Below, piece by piece: positions 52,351 through 64,000 of a stretch of 64,000 nucleotides of DNA (positions are counted from its first letter, which is position 1; each line of letters opens with the position of its first letter). The notes under the pieces were generated by a model. That model saw only the letters and a list, made by a program, of their open reading frames with translations. It had not been told where the DNA came from and searched no databases. The stretch is from Girardia tigrina (lineage: Eukaryota), in the NCBI GenBank assembly GCA_001938485.1, contig MQRK01212946.1:14853-78852 (forward strand), given 5' to 3'. The position numbers and the translations under genes are program-made.

Positions 52351-52720
52351 GAAAGTAATTTTTTATTCCCCCCGACCACAAGGTGTAGCAGCCGCGCTGC
52401 GCACGCTTTTGCATCAGACTTAAATCATAATTTTTGAAACATAATTTTAATAAAAGAATAAGGAAATTTTTGATTTTTTTTCTATATCTTAAAATCTAAT
52501 TTTGTTTTCGGTTTATTGATGCAGAAATGTAACGACCGAAGGCGTTTCTCAATTTTGAATGAAATGAATCTTTAAAAAAATATAATTTCTGTGACAATTA
52601 TTTTATCAGTATTAATATTTAAAAAACACTAAATTTATATTAGTCAATACATTATAATGTAACTATTTAAATTTTATCTGTATATAACTCTTTCCTTAAC
52701 TTAAGACTTTCCTTAACTAC

Positions 52721-53585
52721 TGTTATAAAGACAACCTTTTCAGACACTTGTTTTTCAAAGCAATTAGAATTGTTTTCACAATTCTGTATAACTATTCATC
52801 ATCATACTGAGTTGATATCTAGAAAAAATGTCCCATCTATTTAAGTTATTTGAACAGATCAACTAACGTTATTTTATACATCTAATTTTAATTCATGTCA
52901 TAAATTTTATTCTAAATTCTATTTTATATTATCTTTTATGCTATAATTTTTTAAAGCTTTCGTTTAAAAAATTATAACACACTTAATTTAAAATGTACAA
53001 CCTTAATTTTTTGCAAATTATACTTTAAGAAATTAAAGATATTCCAATAACATTTCATTATGATAAATAACCGTTTGATGTCGAATATATCAGCTAATCA
53101 TCTGAGTTAGGGAGACACAATTCCAAAGAAATGCATCAAACGCATTATTAAGAACACTAATTGGATTTTCAATACATTTATTGATATCACTATTTGATTT
53201 GTTACTAGGACGATTCCCCCAAAAATTCTTGTAACTATTCATCGTTCTTGATTGATATACTTTATTTCTATTTCTAAACGTTTTATTATTTAAACCGATT
53301 TAAATTTCAATTTATTTATAATTCGATTTAAAAAAATTTAATTTAAATTACAAAATAATTTTAATGATTGAAAAAATATTTTAGATATATATTTTTTATG
53401 ATATATTAATTTAATTTTAAAGTTAGTTATTTAAATTTTAAAATTGAATAGATACTCCGACGTTTTAAAATATTAATCTTCCATCTGGGTGGGAGAAACA
53501 CAATCCTAAAACAACATATAATAAGCATCATTAAAAAATATTCCTCACACGCACAAAATACCATTTACCTAAAAAATTCTCCACA
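52721..53585 (-). mobile_element. Solo LTR (TG...CA) containing a nested solo LTR
   Basis: TSD ACTAC at 52716-52720 and 53586-53590. Confidence 0.8.
53146..53549 (-). mobile_element. Nested solo LTR (TG...TA)
   Basis: TSD CGCAT/CGCAC. Confidence 0.85.
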
Positions 53586-54487
53586 ACTACAATAGGTACT
53601 GTTTTGCAAATACTAGTAACTGATTTGTAAAGTTAATAAAAGACAAAGTTAATTATTAATTATAATAAAAATATGTATGGTATCGTTTTGAAGCGGGAAT
53701 AAATTTTAAATTTAAATTAAAAAAATATTTTGGATATACATACTCATTTTTGGTTTTATTTTTGTAATTTTATAAAACTGTTCTACCAATGGACGAACCA
53801 CATCATGATGATCTAATAAGAACGAAAAATGTCGTGAATTGTGAAATAATAAATAGGATTTTTTTGCTTTTCATAGAATCAATTGCGATTATATTAAATG
53901 AAGGTGAAATTAATTATTAATGCCTCACACGAGACTCTTTCTCAAAAAATTTTTAAATTGCTGCATATTATTTTAAAATAATTTATTTCAACAGTTGTTT
54001 TACAGTACCTTTTATGTTCAGCAATATTAGTACTACGCTTAATTTTCCATGATCACTGTTGGGTTATGGATCAAGATTAAAATTCATTAACACCAATTTT
54101 TATTTATAACACAAATAACAGTTATTTAAACAATTTTTCGCCGAGGAACTTTTCTTTCGTTTTCTTTTGACCAGATTTCTTATAAATAAAAATATGGGAT
54201 TATAAATACTGATAAGCTATTTATTAAAAACGTTATTTTCAGAATTGAATTTTTTTTATTCCATTAATTTTATAGATTAACATTCTACTATTTTATAAAA
54301 TTTAATTTAAAATAAACTATAAAATCAGCTGTGCGATGAGATGATAATCGAAAATAATAATTTCGTTAATTCAATTTTTATATTTTGTTTAAATATTCCG
54401 GACTTTGCAAAAAAACGTGTTTTTAGAATTAATACAATTTAGGAACGTGTTATTCATTGTCATTCTCTACAACAAGCTATCCGGGCA

Positions 54488-55039
54488 ATGTCGAACATGA
54501 AATTGATACTTGATTGCCTCGAGAAATTCAATGGGAATCAATCGTGGGAACTATGGAAGAAGCAGTTCGTTTTATTGACGTCGATGCAGCAGATAAAGGA
54601 TGTATTTATATTGATGTCGTTCGTGTTGAGTGGATCGGCTTTCAATATATACATGGAGATTTCAGAGAAGCAACAATCGAATATTGATGAAGTTTTTCGA
54701 GTATTGAATGCAGCGTTTGGATTGAAACCGCGAGAGGCGTATTGTAAATTACAATGTATTAAATATTCAGATTTCAGCACTATTGACGAGTACGCTGTGG
54801 AAGTGTCGAAATTGGAAAAAACGGTCGACAATCTAGAAATCGCTGCATTTTTAGCCGGATTACCAGCGGAAATCGCTTTGCAAATCGAGAAACGAGGAGT
54901 CCGAGAATGGAGTGAAATAGTGGGAGTGAGCCGGACGTATTCAGAGATAATGTATTCAGTCTATTCACAGTATATCTTACAAAACAAGCATAGTCCAAGA
55001 CTATCATGTGCTGAAAACAGTACTAATAGATGCAGATAG
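54488..55039 (+). mobile_element. LTR retrotransposon gag fragment
   Basis: EKFNGNQSWELWKKQF...LSGSAFNIY...L..AFG...TIDEYA, a capsid-like pattern. Confidence 0.65.
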
Positions 55040-55539
55040 GCATAGTCAAGAGTTAAATAAAGGTGGAAATAAAGCTCATGATACATTAATTAAGAAGGTG
55101 TCAAAATGGATCTCACAAAAATTGAAGATATAAGAACATTCAAAAAACCCAAATCTGACATAAGTATATGAAATTATTATAAGAATTTATCAGACTAATT
55201 TTTTGACATCTACGGTATGTTAAATATCAAGAAAGCGAATTCGAAGGTTAATAAAACCTTTTTAGACTTTTTAATATTCCAAAAACCATATAGTTTAATA
55301 ATCTTAGAATTCAAACTGACAGGCTTTTGAATTTGTGTTTTATTTTTTATTTATCATTATTCTAAAAAACATTTTTTTTCCAAAATATGCAACCTTGTTT
55401 TGACTTTGTCAAATAACTTGCAAAATAAAATGACGCCATTTTATGATAAAAAATTTTAAAAAGGTATATATTTCGACAGAATATCAATCATCATCACACA
55501 CTTTAAACTAATTTGATGAGTCATCTGATTGGACATTAA

Positions 55540-57254
55540 TTACTGGATTAACCAATATTTCATGCACAAAAAAATGACTTACATGACTAAATAATTTTAG
55601 CTTTTAATAAATCAACAACTAATTTATCAATCTTGTCTTCAAGATGCATGGACTGGCATCTAGGATTTGCAGAAATTGATGAACCGGTAGTCCGGATTTC
55701 ATGTTTGATTACCGTTGTGTGGCCTAAATAAAATTTTGAAGCCATAAAAATTGATCCATATTCTTTAACAAGAAAAGTTAATGGCAAGTTTGACTTGTCA
55801 ATTAAACTCCTTAACGCGGCAGTAATACGATCATGATTATTAAATTTCAATTCCACTTCCGACGTATCTATAGTATTCACTTCCGTTAATCCTATGCCAG
55901 ACATTCTCATGATATCGATTCCTCCAATAAATCCAGGGGAAATATTTTGCACAATCACTACTCATTTTTCCACTTAACACCGTCCCACAAAATATCAACA
56001 TATATTTTACCTAAACACATTTCAGGACTTGTAGAAAAAATACCTGAAAGTTTAATGTCTGATCTCAGCATATCTGGTCTTCCTATCCGATGCCAGTAAT
56101 CTTCGCTCATAACTGTGATTGAAGCCTCGGAATTCCATAACATTTCAACATTAATTCCATTACAATTCATCAAACTCCATATTCTACCATCTGCCTTCTT
56201 GAACTTCCCCTCTTTCATCACCTGTCTCATTCTTCGTCCTCTATCTCTGCCTTCAATCATATTTACTGACTCAACCCCACCGACGAGATAGACGCGAGGG
56301 GTTGATATCGGTTTTTTTGTCGTTATCTTCTTCAATTTCCTGTAATTTTTCCTCGATCGGGTCATCAGTTTCATCATCATGAATGCACATTATTCGTCTT
56401 GGGGAAATTTGATTTGGTTTTGTTGCCAAATAACAATCTTTGAATCGATGATCGTGCTTACCGCATATTAAACAACTATTTCCCAAGGGACATTCTCTTC
56501 ATTGATGGGTTATGTCTCCACAACAGAAACATGCGCCGGGACGGAGAACCTCCGGATTCGGTGTGGAAATACCTCTACACTTATTATAAAACTCCTTTGT
56601 TATCATTTTCATAGATCTCCGAGGCCTATTATTCTGACCATATCGATCTTCAGACTGACTTTGAAATGGGGTTGTGTGACGCAAATATCTATTATCAAAA
56701 AAACGATCATCATTACCGACAATAGGCTGTGATCTGTCTGGAATTTGGGACGGCTGTCGTACGGAATGACTGGACTGTGTAAACTGACGCGCATATTCTG
56801 GTTTGGTATTTCTGGGTACCATTTCGGCATACTTAAGTTTGACCGCATTGATATCCTGACGCATTGTCAATTTTTCAAAATTGCAAGTCAGTTCTCGGCG
56901 CCTGTCATCACTTAATGAAGGATCCAACGCAAAAGACTCTCTCAATTCGTCACATTTAAGTCCCTGAAATACAAATAATCGAGTCATTTCTTCTGCAGAT
57001 AACTTTAGATTGAAAATGTCATCCACCATTTTCCGAACTCTAACATATCGAATGCAAAATTCAATTCTATGTGGTTGAAAATTGCAAAATCCTTGGTTGT
57101 TTGAATCCAATTTTCAGCCTTATCAGATACGACATCAAAAAATGTTGGTTTAGGAACCAACAACTCTTGTGTCTTCTACGACAAATTGGAAAATATTTTC
57201 TGTCGTTCTTCTCGCTTCGCTCTGATAACTACATTTATTTCGACGTGGTCGCCA
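55540..57254 (-). mobile_element. Gypsy element 5' half (PBS, gag, protease, RT start)
   Basis: PBS TGGCGACCACG at 57254-57244 (tRNA-Arg type); knuckles CFCCGDITH and CLICGKHDHRFKDC; degenerate protease MLWNSEAS; LGHTTVIKHEIRT. Confidence 0.85.
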
Positions 57255-57550
57255 GTTAGAAAATCAGTCATAATCAAATAATTATTAAAACAACGTTTTA
57301 TCTAACTCTCGTAAAAACAGATCAGGAGTATTCTTAACTTTTCAGCTTAACTGAAATTCAAATGAAAAATTATTTAAAATTATTTGTAATAGTAATTTTT
57401 AATGAAAAAAATGAAATTAAAATTCAATGAAAATCTGAAAAAGTAATTATCACAATTATTTTATTTTAGAAATTTAATTTTTTTTGATAAAGTGTACATT
57501 TTTATATTAATTTGTAAAACATTTTTTGCCGATACAATGAATTCTTTAAG

Positions 57551-57716
57551 GGTCCTTTTCAATCATTTAATCAAAACCAAGAAAAGGAAAACAGTAATCA
57601 AAGACAAATACTGTACGAAAATTGGGCAAAATATTCCATGTGGTACAAATATCAACCATTAGATCATATAAGAGAATATTATGGTGAAAAAATAGGAATG
57701 TACTTTGCGTGGCTTG
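57551..57716 (+). CDS. ANO7: Anoctamin ANO7-like exon
   Basis: taag|GGT...G|gtatgt; GPFQ...[40 protein letters not shown](G), hallmark anoctamin motif. Confidence 0.97.
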
Positions 57717-57757
57717 GTATGTAATAATTTATCATAATATATCATAATTATTGATAG

Positions 57758-57848
57758 GAATGTATACGGTTTGGTTGCTTCCGGCATCAGTAATTGGTAT
57801 TTTAGTATTTTTCTATGGATTAATAACTATCAATAAAAATATTCCCAG
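57758..57848 (+). CDS. ANO7: Anoctamin ANO7-like exon (TM1)
   Basis: After a 41-nt intron; (G)MYTVWLLPASVIGILVFFYGLITINKNIP(S); donor gtaaac. Confidence 0.95.
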
Positions 57849-59274
57849 GTAAACCATTTTTGAAAATATTTTTAAAGTATTATCAAAAATATATTTGTAA
57901 ATCTTCAGTTTTGACACTTGAAAAATAGAATATTTCTGCTTAAAATTTTATTGAATATTTTTGCTTAAGGTAGTACTAGTATAACAGATAATCAGGTGAG
58001 ACTAAATCAGTACTGTAGGGCAAGCGAAGTGTAATGTATGATTTTGATAGCTGACTGTTGAGAATCAGTACATTGTAAGATAAATAGTACAAGATATAGA
58101 TTCTCCGCCTCCTTTTCAGCTTCCTGTCTCAGGTTGTATGATTTTAGAGCAGCAGTCGGTTTTGATACAAACACCAATCTTAGCAAAGTCACCGTGAACT
58201 ATGACTACTAAATCCAAAACATAGTGAGCGTGAAATATTTTTTGTGAAATATTGACAACCAAATCATGATTCAAGACCTTCCTCCTTTAAGACTTAATTC
58301 ATTGTACATGAACAACTAGACATATTTCATCCATTGTTATAATTTTTTGCAATTACCAATCTTCCACGCGTTCAGAAATATTCAAGTTTTCCTATAATCA
58401 AATTAATCTGCAATAGAGGACCTCTATTGTTACAAACGTGAAACGATTCTAGAATACAATAAATAGTGTCTGTCGAGTTCATTTGTTGATATTCAGGCTT
58501 ATTGTTAGTTCTCTGGTGGTAATTTACTCTGTTTAAGTTTTCCCGATATTTGTTCACAAATTTCATAAAAGTCAGATATTTAACTACCTCAAAAATATGT
58601 GAACTATTATATAACAGTATCCCGGTTTGAAATTTCTTCATCATAAATAAAACTCAGCTTTTTAAAATAATAAAAAAGTCATTTAATAAAAGAAATATAA
58701 TTATTAGAGGTTCTTGGAACATCGTCGGAATTATTACTATGAGACATTAAAACTTTATTATACCACAAAAAAATTTTTAAATCTAATATTTAAACAAACT
58801 TATTTTTTTGCGAAACAATTTGTTTTACAAATCTTAAACCGATATAAATAAAAATACTTATAAATATTCATATTTGATTTTTTCATTACTTTTATAAATC
58901 AATTTTAAATTACAATAACATTTTAAAATATTTAATCGTTTCATTTAATTTTAATATATTTTTTTAAATCGTTCAACATAAAAATTATACATTTTACTTT
59001 TTATATTATATTAAAACTCTCAAAAAAATTTTATTAGCAATTTAATTGATCTTCTTAATTTTAGTAATTTTATTTTTTTCAAACGTTACATATTTAATTA
59101 TATAAAAATTTTAATTTGTACATATTTAATATAACCTTCTTTCAAAAATTTTCATATCATTTTTAATATCTAACAATAATGAACAAGTATTTTAACATTT
59201 TTATGAAAAATAAGTTACATTTCAATAGGATTATATATTGTATGCTAGACTCATTACTTATTGGGACATGACAA

Positions 59275-60058
59275 GTATAATAAGCCCACCCCGGCTGTGA
59301 TGGATAATTGAGTATTATAAATAATACTCAGAATTGGCGCACAGGGTAGTGGATCATAGGCTCTGTATCGTGTAGAAACCATTTGACAAATACAAAATTT
59401 TCTGATCCTATCACACGGCTTCGTATGCAAGAGTGCAAGCTTTCAATGCACGGGCAAGCTTCGGCTTCCCTCTGAGTGATGACCAGTCATGTTCCTTTCA
59501 TTCCGTGATTCTGAAGACTTTTGACTATATAAAAGCACGTACTGCAACGGGGAAAGGAGCAATAAAACACTCCATTATCCGTTATATTATAAACCCGAAA
59601 CCTTACTCTTGGACAGTCCTCATCAGTTTCACCGACAGACAGCTTATCATGCTCCACCTTCATGGTCTAGTACATACTTCTGTTTATGCTCCAAGTACTA
59701 CTTGGATGTTCATTACCTTGGATTAATAAATGCTGTTTTAGCCATCCTCTAGTTTTATAACTTTTGTGGTAGTTTTCCATGGGACATATGAATGAACCAC
59801 CACCTCTCTGTGTCGCGGGCGCCGTGACCAGTTGCACATTCTTAATGTGTCTTGTGAGTTCCTTCTGCTCAGCAAATTCTTTAAAGCAAGTAGGGAATGT
59901 GCAAGCTAATACTTTGATACGCGACTGAAGTATTTTTAGATATTCTTTCTCGTGATCAACTACGTCTTTCAGTCGCTCAGATATGGTTCCTTTGATCAGG
60001 TGTTTAAATTCTTCATCGTTTTTGAGAACCCTCTTTCGTTTAGACTTTCCCTGCATTC
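59275..60058 (-). mobile_element. LINE 3' portion with C2H2 fingers (same family as 26225 and 38880)
   Basis: CTFPTCFKEFAEQKELTRH, FICPMENYHKSYKTRGWLKQH, FYCSFP...HDWS. Confidence 0.72.
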
Positions 60059-60069
60059 AAAGAAGCTAT

Positions 60070-60515
60070 TAAGAGTTGGATCCAGGATAATGCTGGAATT
60101 CCTTTAAAGAAATTAAAATCGAATCTCAAAAGAGATTATTCGAATAATGTTTTCATTTCTACAATAAATAAAGCTATATTGGGATTTTATTTCTCTATGA
60201 AGAAAACATCTTTGATTTCTGAACTGAGAAATGTGTCAGATAATATACAGAAAAGGGCCGAATATGCAAAAAAGAAAGAATGTGAGACTGAATTTCGAAG
60301 AATCTAGTATTATTTTCATTGATGAAGTTGGTTTCAACATGAGTATGCGACTAGATTTTTGAAAGGAACTAGAGCAGTTTAGACTGTGTCACAATTGAAA
60401 TCTCGAAATATTTCGGTTTACTTTGCAATGTCCAAGCAAGGTATTATCAAATAAGTTGTTCAAGCTCAGGCATTCAATATAGTCTCATTCCTTGACTTCG
60501 TGGATTCACTTTGTT
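60070..60515 (+). mobile_element. IS630/Tc1-like transposase fragment
   Basis: ISTINKAILGFYFSMKK...RN, IIFIDEVGFNMSMR, SRNISV..AMS..G, AFN...FLDF. Confidence 0.7.
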
Positions 60516-60618
60516 CGGTTTTTTTTTTAAATAAATTTTTCGTTTTTTAAATAATTTTCTTTAAATAATTATTTTATCAAAGTAAAAATAAAAAGGTAAA
60601 TTTAATTTTAATATAAAA

Positions 60619-60655
<37 letters not shown>

Positions 60656-62056
60656 TTCTTCATGTTAACGTTTGTTTGAATAATTAAAATTATTATTGGA
60701 AATAGCGATATACAATTGTAATGTTATGAATAAAAATATTGATCGAAATTAGTATTCTCACTAATATTGAAAATTTAAATTTTTGTCAACGAATAAAGAT
60801 GACAAAAATACGGAAATAATTTCCCAATCTTTGTCAGGCAATGAATATTCATCAGTTTCGAATTTAGAAGAGATGGCAGAGTCGCTCCATGTCGACAATA
60901 AGTGTAAAGGATGATCGAGTTCTGTAGTGTCCGAACTTTGTGAATATTTGACTAAAATTAAAGTCGCCAAAAATCTATTCTCAGTGATCCGAGTGCAGAG
61001 TGCGAAAAGTCTTATTAATCTTAAGAAAGTTCGCAAGGATTGCAACCGCCGTGAGGTCGTCAAATTTCCCTCTCACGAGTGTTAGCAGAAATATGAGAAA
61101 TGAATTTGTCGCCGCTCACGAATTGAGACAGCTGAAAAACAAAATCGATTTGATGGAAATTCGCGAAAGCAGTGAACGGAAACCCGCCATCATTAGCGCG
61201 AAAATTATTGACTGCATGCTGAGAGTCCTGACTGAAAGCGATAAAATCGAATTGGCTTTATTCGGCCACAAAAGTATGATATATGTTTATTTATACTTAG
61301 ATAATAATAAAATAAATAATCACAATAATGATAAAGACAAAAATAATAATAATAATAATGATAAGGATAAAAATAATAATAAAAATAAAAATGAATTAAA
61401 TGATAATAATAATAAAAATAATATAGAAAACATGATGATAACGAATGTCCTCTCTCCCTTTCAACGGCATATAAAAAGGCGCGTCCACTGCGCTGCTGCC
61501 GCAACAGCCTTCTTAATGAACTTTGTAACTTAAAAAGCCATTTTATTTATTATATCCGGGTTTTCAAAGGCTCGATCAATATCAGAGTCGATATTGATAC
61601 TTTTAGAAGTGACTGTGATTTTTAATGGGTCATCTGCAAATGCCTTGCTCATCGATCAGGGTGACACCTCCCTCGAATCTTTTAATTATTGCACCTTTTG
61701 ATCACTTCATCGATGCCAGAGTTGAATAAACTAGGTCCCATTACATATCCCTGTCTAACTTCTAACAAGTAAATATTTAAATTGTAAAATAAGTTTTTTT
61801 GTGCCAGATTGGTGTTAATGATAAACACTCATGTGAACAGAAATTAACTAAAATTTTAAGATTTTAAATTTGTCTTATGTGTAATTCGTTTAAAATGTTT
61901 AAAATATTTTTCATATTGTTATTATAATGTTTACATCTTTGAAATCAAAAGTATTTTTTAATAAACTTTAATAGATCTAAATGCAAAAACTCCAAGTACA
62001 AAAATCTAATTGGCAAAAGACCCAAAGAAAACACCCAACATATAATATATTTTTTC

Positions 62057-62104
62057 TAACCCCTAACTTAACCTTAACCCTAACCCTTAAACCTAACTCT
62101 AACC
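62057..62104 (+). repeat. Degenerate (TAACCC)n tract within a foldback-like repeat (about 61980-62690)
   Basis: CTAACCCCTAACTTAACCTTAACCCTAACCCTTAAACCTAACTCTAACC. Confidence 0.65.
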
Positions 62105-62118
62105 GAAAATATTTAAAA

Positions 62119-62600
62119 CTAGTAAATAACCCGTCATGTATGACGGGTAAAATTGAGAAAAGAAATTTCATTTTTTAATTTTAATTTGAGTAATTTTGGA
62201 TGTGGAACAGATGCATTAAAACAAAGAAGACACAATTNNNNNNNNNNNNNNNNNNNNNNNNNNNNNNNNNNNNNNNNNNNNNNNNNNNNNNNNNNNNNNN
62301 NNNNNNNNNNNNNNNNNNNNNNNNNNNNNNNNNNNNNNNNNNNNNNNNNNNNNNNNNNNNNNNNNNNNNNNNNNNNNNNNNNNNNNNNNNNNNNNNNNNN
62401 NNNNNNNNNNTATCTACTTACAATTGTAAGTAGATAATTATATTAATAATAATTCATATGGAAAATTCTGCTAATAATAATTTTCCATATGAATTATTAT
62501 TAATATAAATATCTACTTACAATTGTAAGTAGATAATATGAGCGTTAGTGAGGCAGGCAGGCAGGCAGGCAGTGAGTGACTTGGGCTTTTATAATATATT
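62119..62600 (-). mobile_element. Non-autonomous Helitron
   Basis: Minus-strand 3' end: hairpin ACCCGTCA-TACA-TGACGGGT, 6 nt, then CTAG|T; 5' region TATATTATAAAAGCCCAAG followed by a (CTGC)n microsatellite; 5' boundary approximate. Confidence 0.75.
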
Positions 62601-63706
62601 TAAAATTAAAAAAATGAGCTCCAAAAATTGAATGTTTGGTTATTTTGCTCTTAGAACTTTAACTTTTTGAGTCTTTTGGTATGATGCCCGTTTCACAAGT
62701 TATGTATTTTCAGTTGGGAGTAAATTTCAAATTACAATCACGATTGATTATTGTGTAATTTATTACTTTTTTCACAAATAGTTTGATTTGATTAGACTAA
62801 TAATTTTGGCCAGTTAGCATAGTTTTAAATGTTTTTTTACTCCTTTTTGCCTTACTCCTTTTCTATCACGATATGTGTCCATGTTTTTTCTAAAAATTTA
62901 GAATTCAGTTTCATAATTAACCTTATCTCGATTTTTGAATTTTTTAATGTGATAAAGTATAAAGCTATTTCTACTCGATTCAGCGTGTTCAACTATTCTT
63001 GTACGAATTTAATGATAATGTTTCTCTGTTGAGGTTCATCCTCAAATGATTTATTTTAACTTAATATTATTTTTCTTGTGACTTAATTTTATTTCCTTAG
63101 TTTGTGAAAATTATATTGAATATTTATTGAATAACGACGATAAAAGCGAAAACAAAACTTTAGACGATAATTTATCATTAAAGGAATAAAAAGATTAAAT
63201 CATTCCCAAGGAAAACCTGTTATAAGATCTTTTTAATAACTTTTTACTATAAAATTTCATATGATATTTATTAAAATAATATTTTAATTGAATATTATTT
63301 TAATTTAATATAGTAATAAACTATTTTATATTGAAGATTTCATTCTGAATGTTGTCATATTAAAATTTATTTGTATAGTTACAGCAAACGTATCACTTGA
63401 ATCTTTAACTCTTTCGGTCCTAAATTTGTACCACAAAAAATTAAAATATCTGATAGTCAAGTTTGTTGCATTAAACTTATGGAAATGGTACCAGTCGTAA
63501 TTTTGCCAATTCTGTTTGAAAGTCTAGATTTGCGTACCGCCAGCAGTACGTAAAGTTGATAAATTTTCAAGCATTATATGAACATCGAAAAAGAAAAAAA
63601 ATAACAAAATTATAGAATATTTGTATTCAGAGCTGAAAGGGTTAAAAAATAAATATCAATTAATATAATATATTTCATTAATTAAATAATTTATCCTCTC
63701 CTTTAG

Positions 63707-63873
63707 TATTGAAGTATGCAATAGTAATAACACATATCGAATGTGTCCTTTATGCAATGAGAATATTGGCTGTCCATACTGGTACCTGTCAGACGTATGT
63801 TTTTATACAAAGATAACTTATATGTTTGATCATCCAGGAACTGTGTTTTTTTCAATTTTTATGGCATTTTGGG
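63707..63873 (+). CDS. ANO7: Anoctamin ANO7-like exon (extracellular Cys loop, TM2)
   Basis: ttag|T...G|gtaatt; IEVCNSNNTYRMCPLCNENIGCPYWYLSDVCFYTKITYMFDHPGTVFFSIFMAFW. Confidence 0.96.
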
Positions 63874-63922
63874 GTAATTATTTTATTTTAAGTAGATTGC
63901 ATCATATTGTTAAATTCATTAG

Positions 63923-64000
63923 CTGTATCATTTTTGGAAAATTGGAAAAGAAAGAATGCTTCTTTAGCTTATCATTGGGATGTCATTCATTTTGAAGAAG
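63923..64000 (+). CDS. ANO7: Anoctamin ANO7-like exon (runs off window)
   Basis: After a 49-nt intron; (A)VSFLENWKRKNASLAYHWDVIHFEE. Confidence 0.95.

Noticed and set aside
62057-62104. Telomere or chromosome fusion site
   Set aside because: The tract is short, degenerate and embedded in a transposon-like repeat.
63741-63995. 84-aa ORF in the ORF track as a standalone gene
   Set aside because: It is part of an anoctamin exon reading through the 49-nt intron.

Overview
This is AT-rich animal genomic DNA with scaffold gaps. The repeat content and composition suggest a triclad flatworm, but the species is an inference. The window lies inside one large + strand anoctamin (TMEM16, ANO7-like) gene that the ORF track almost entirely misses. 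Nine exons (6951-64000) splice in frame across introns of 41 bp to 22.7 kb, and the gene runs off the right end. The introns are packed with nested transposons: five mariners, hAT elements, Merlin, gypsy and Gmr1-like LTR relics, about nine solo LTRs of one family, RTE-like LINEs, a NeSL/R2-group fragment, Penelope remnants with hammerhead ribozymes and a Helitron. The standout observations are (1) a non-autonomous DNA transposon carrying 21-bp-phased arrays of RFX X-box motifs, (2) solo LTRs ending mostly in TA rather than CA, (3) a PRUNE/PPX1 exopolyphosphatase fragment split by a mariner, (4) an intact 405-aa orphan membrane-protein ORF antisense in an intron, and (5) LINEs with three C-terminal C2H2 fingers and a covarying 3' three-way-junction RNA.
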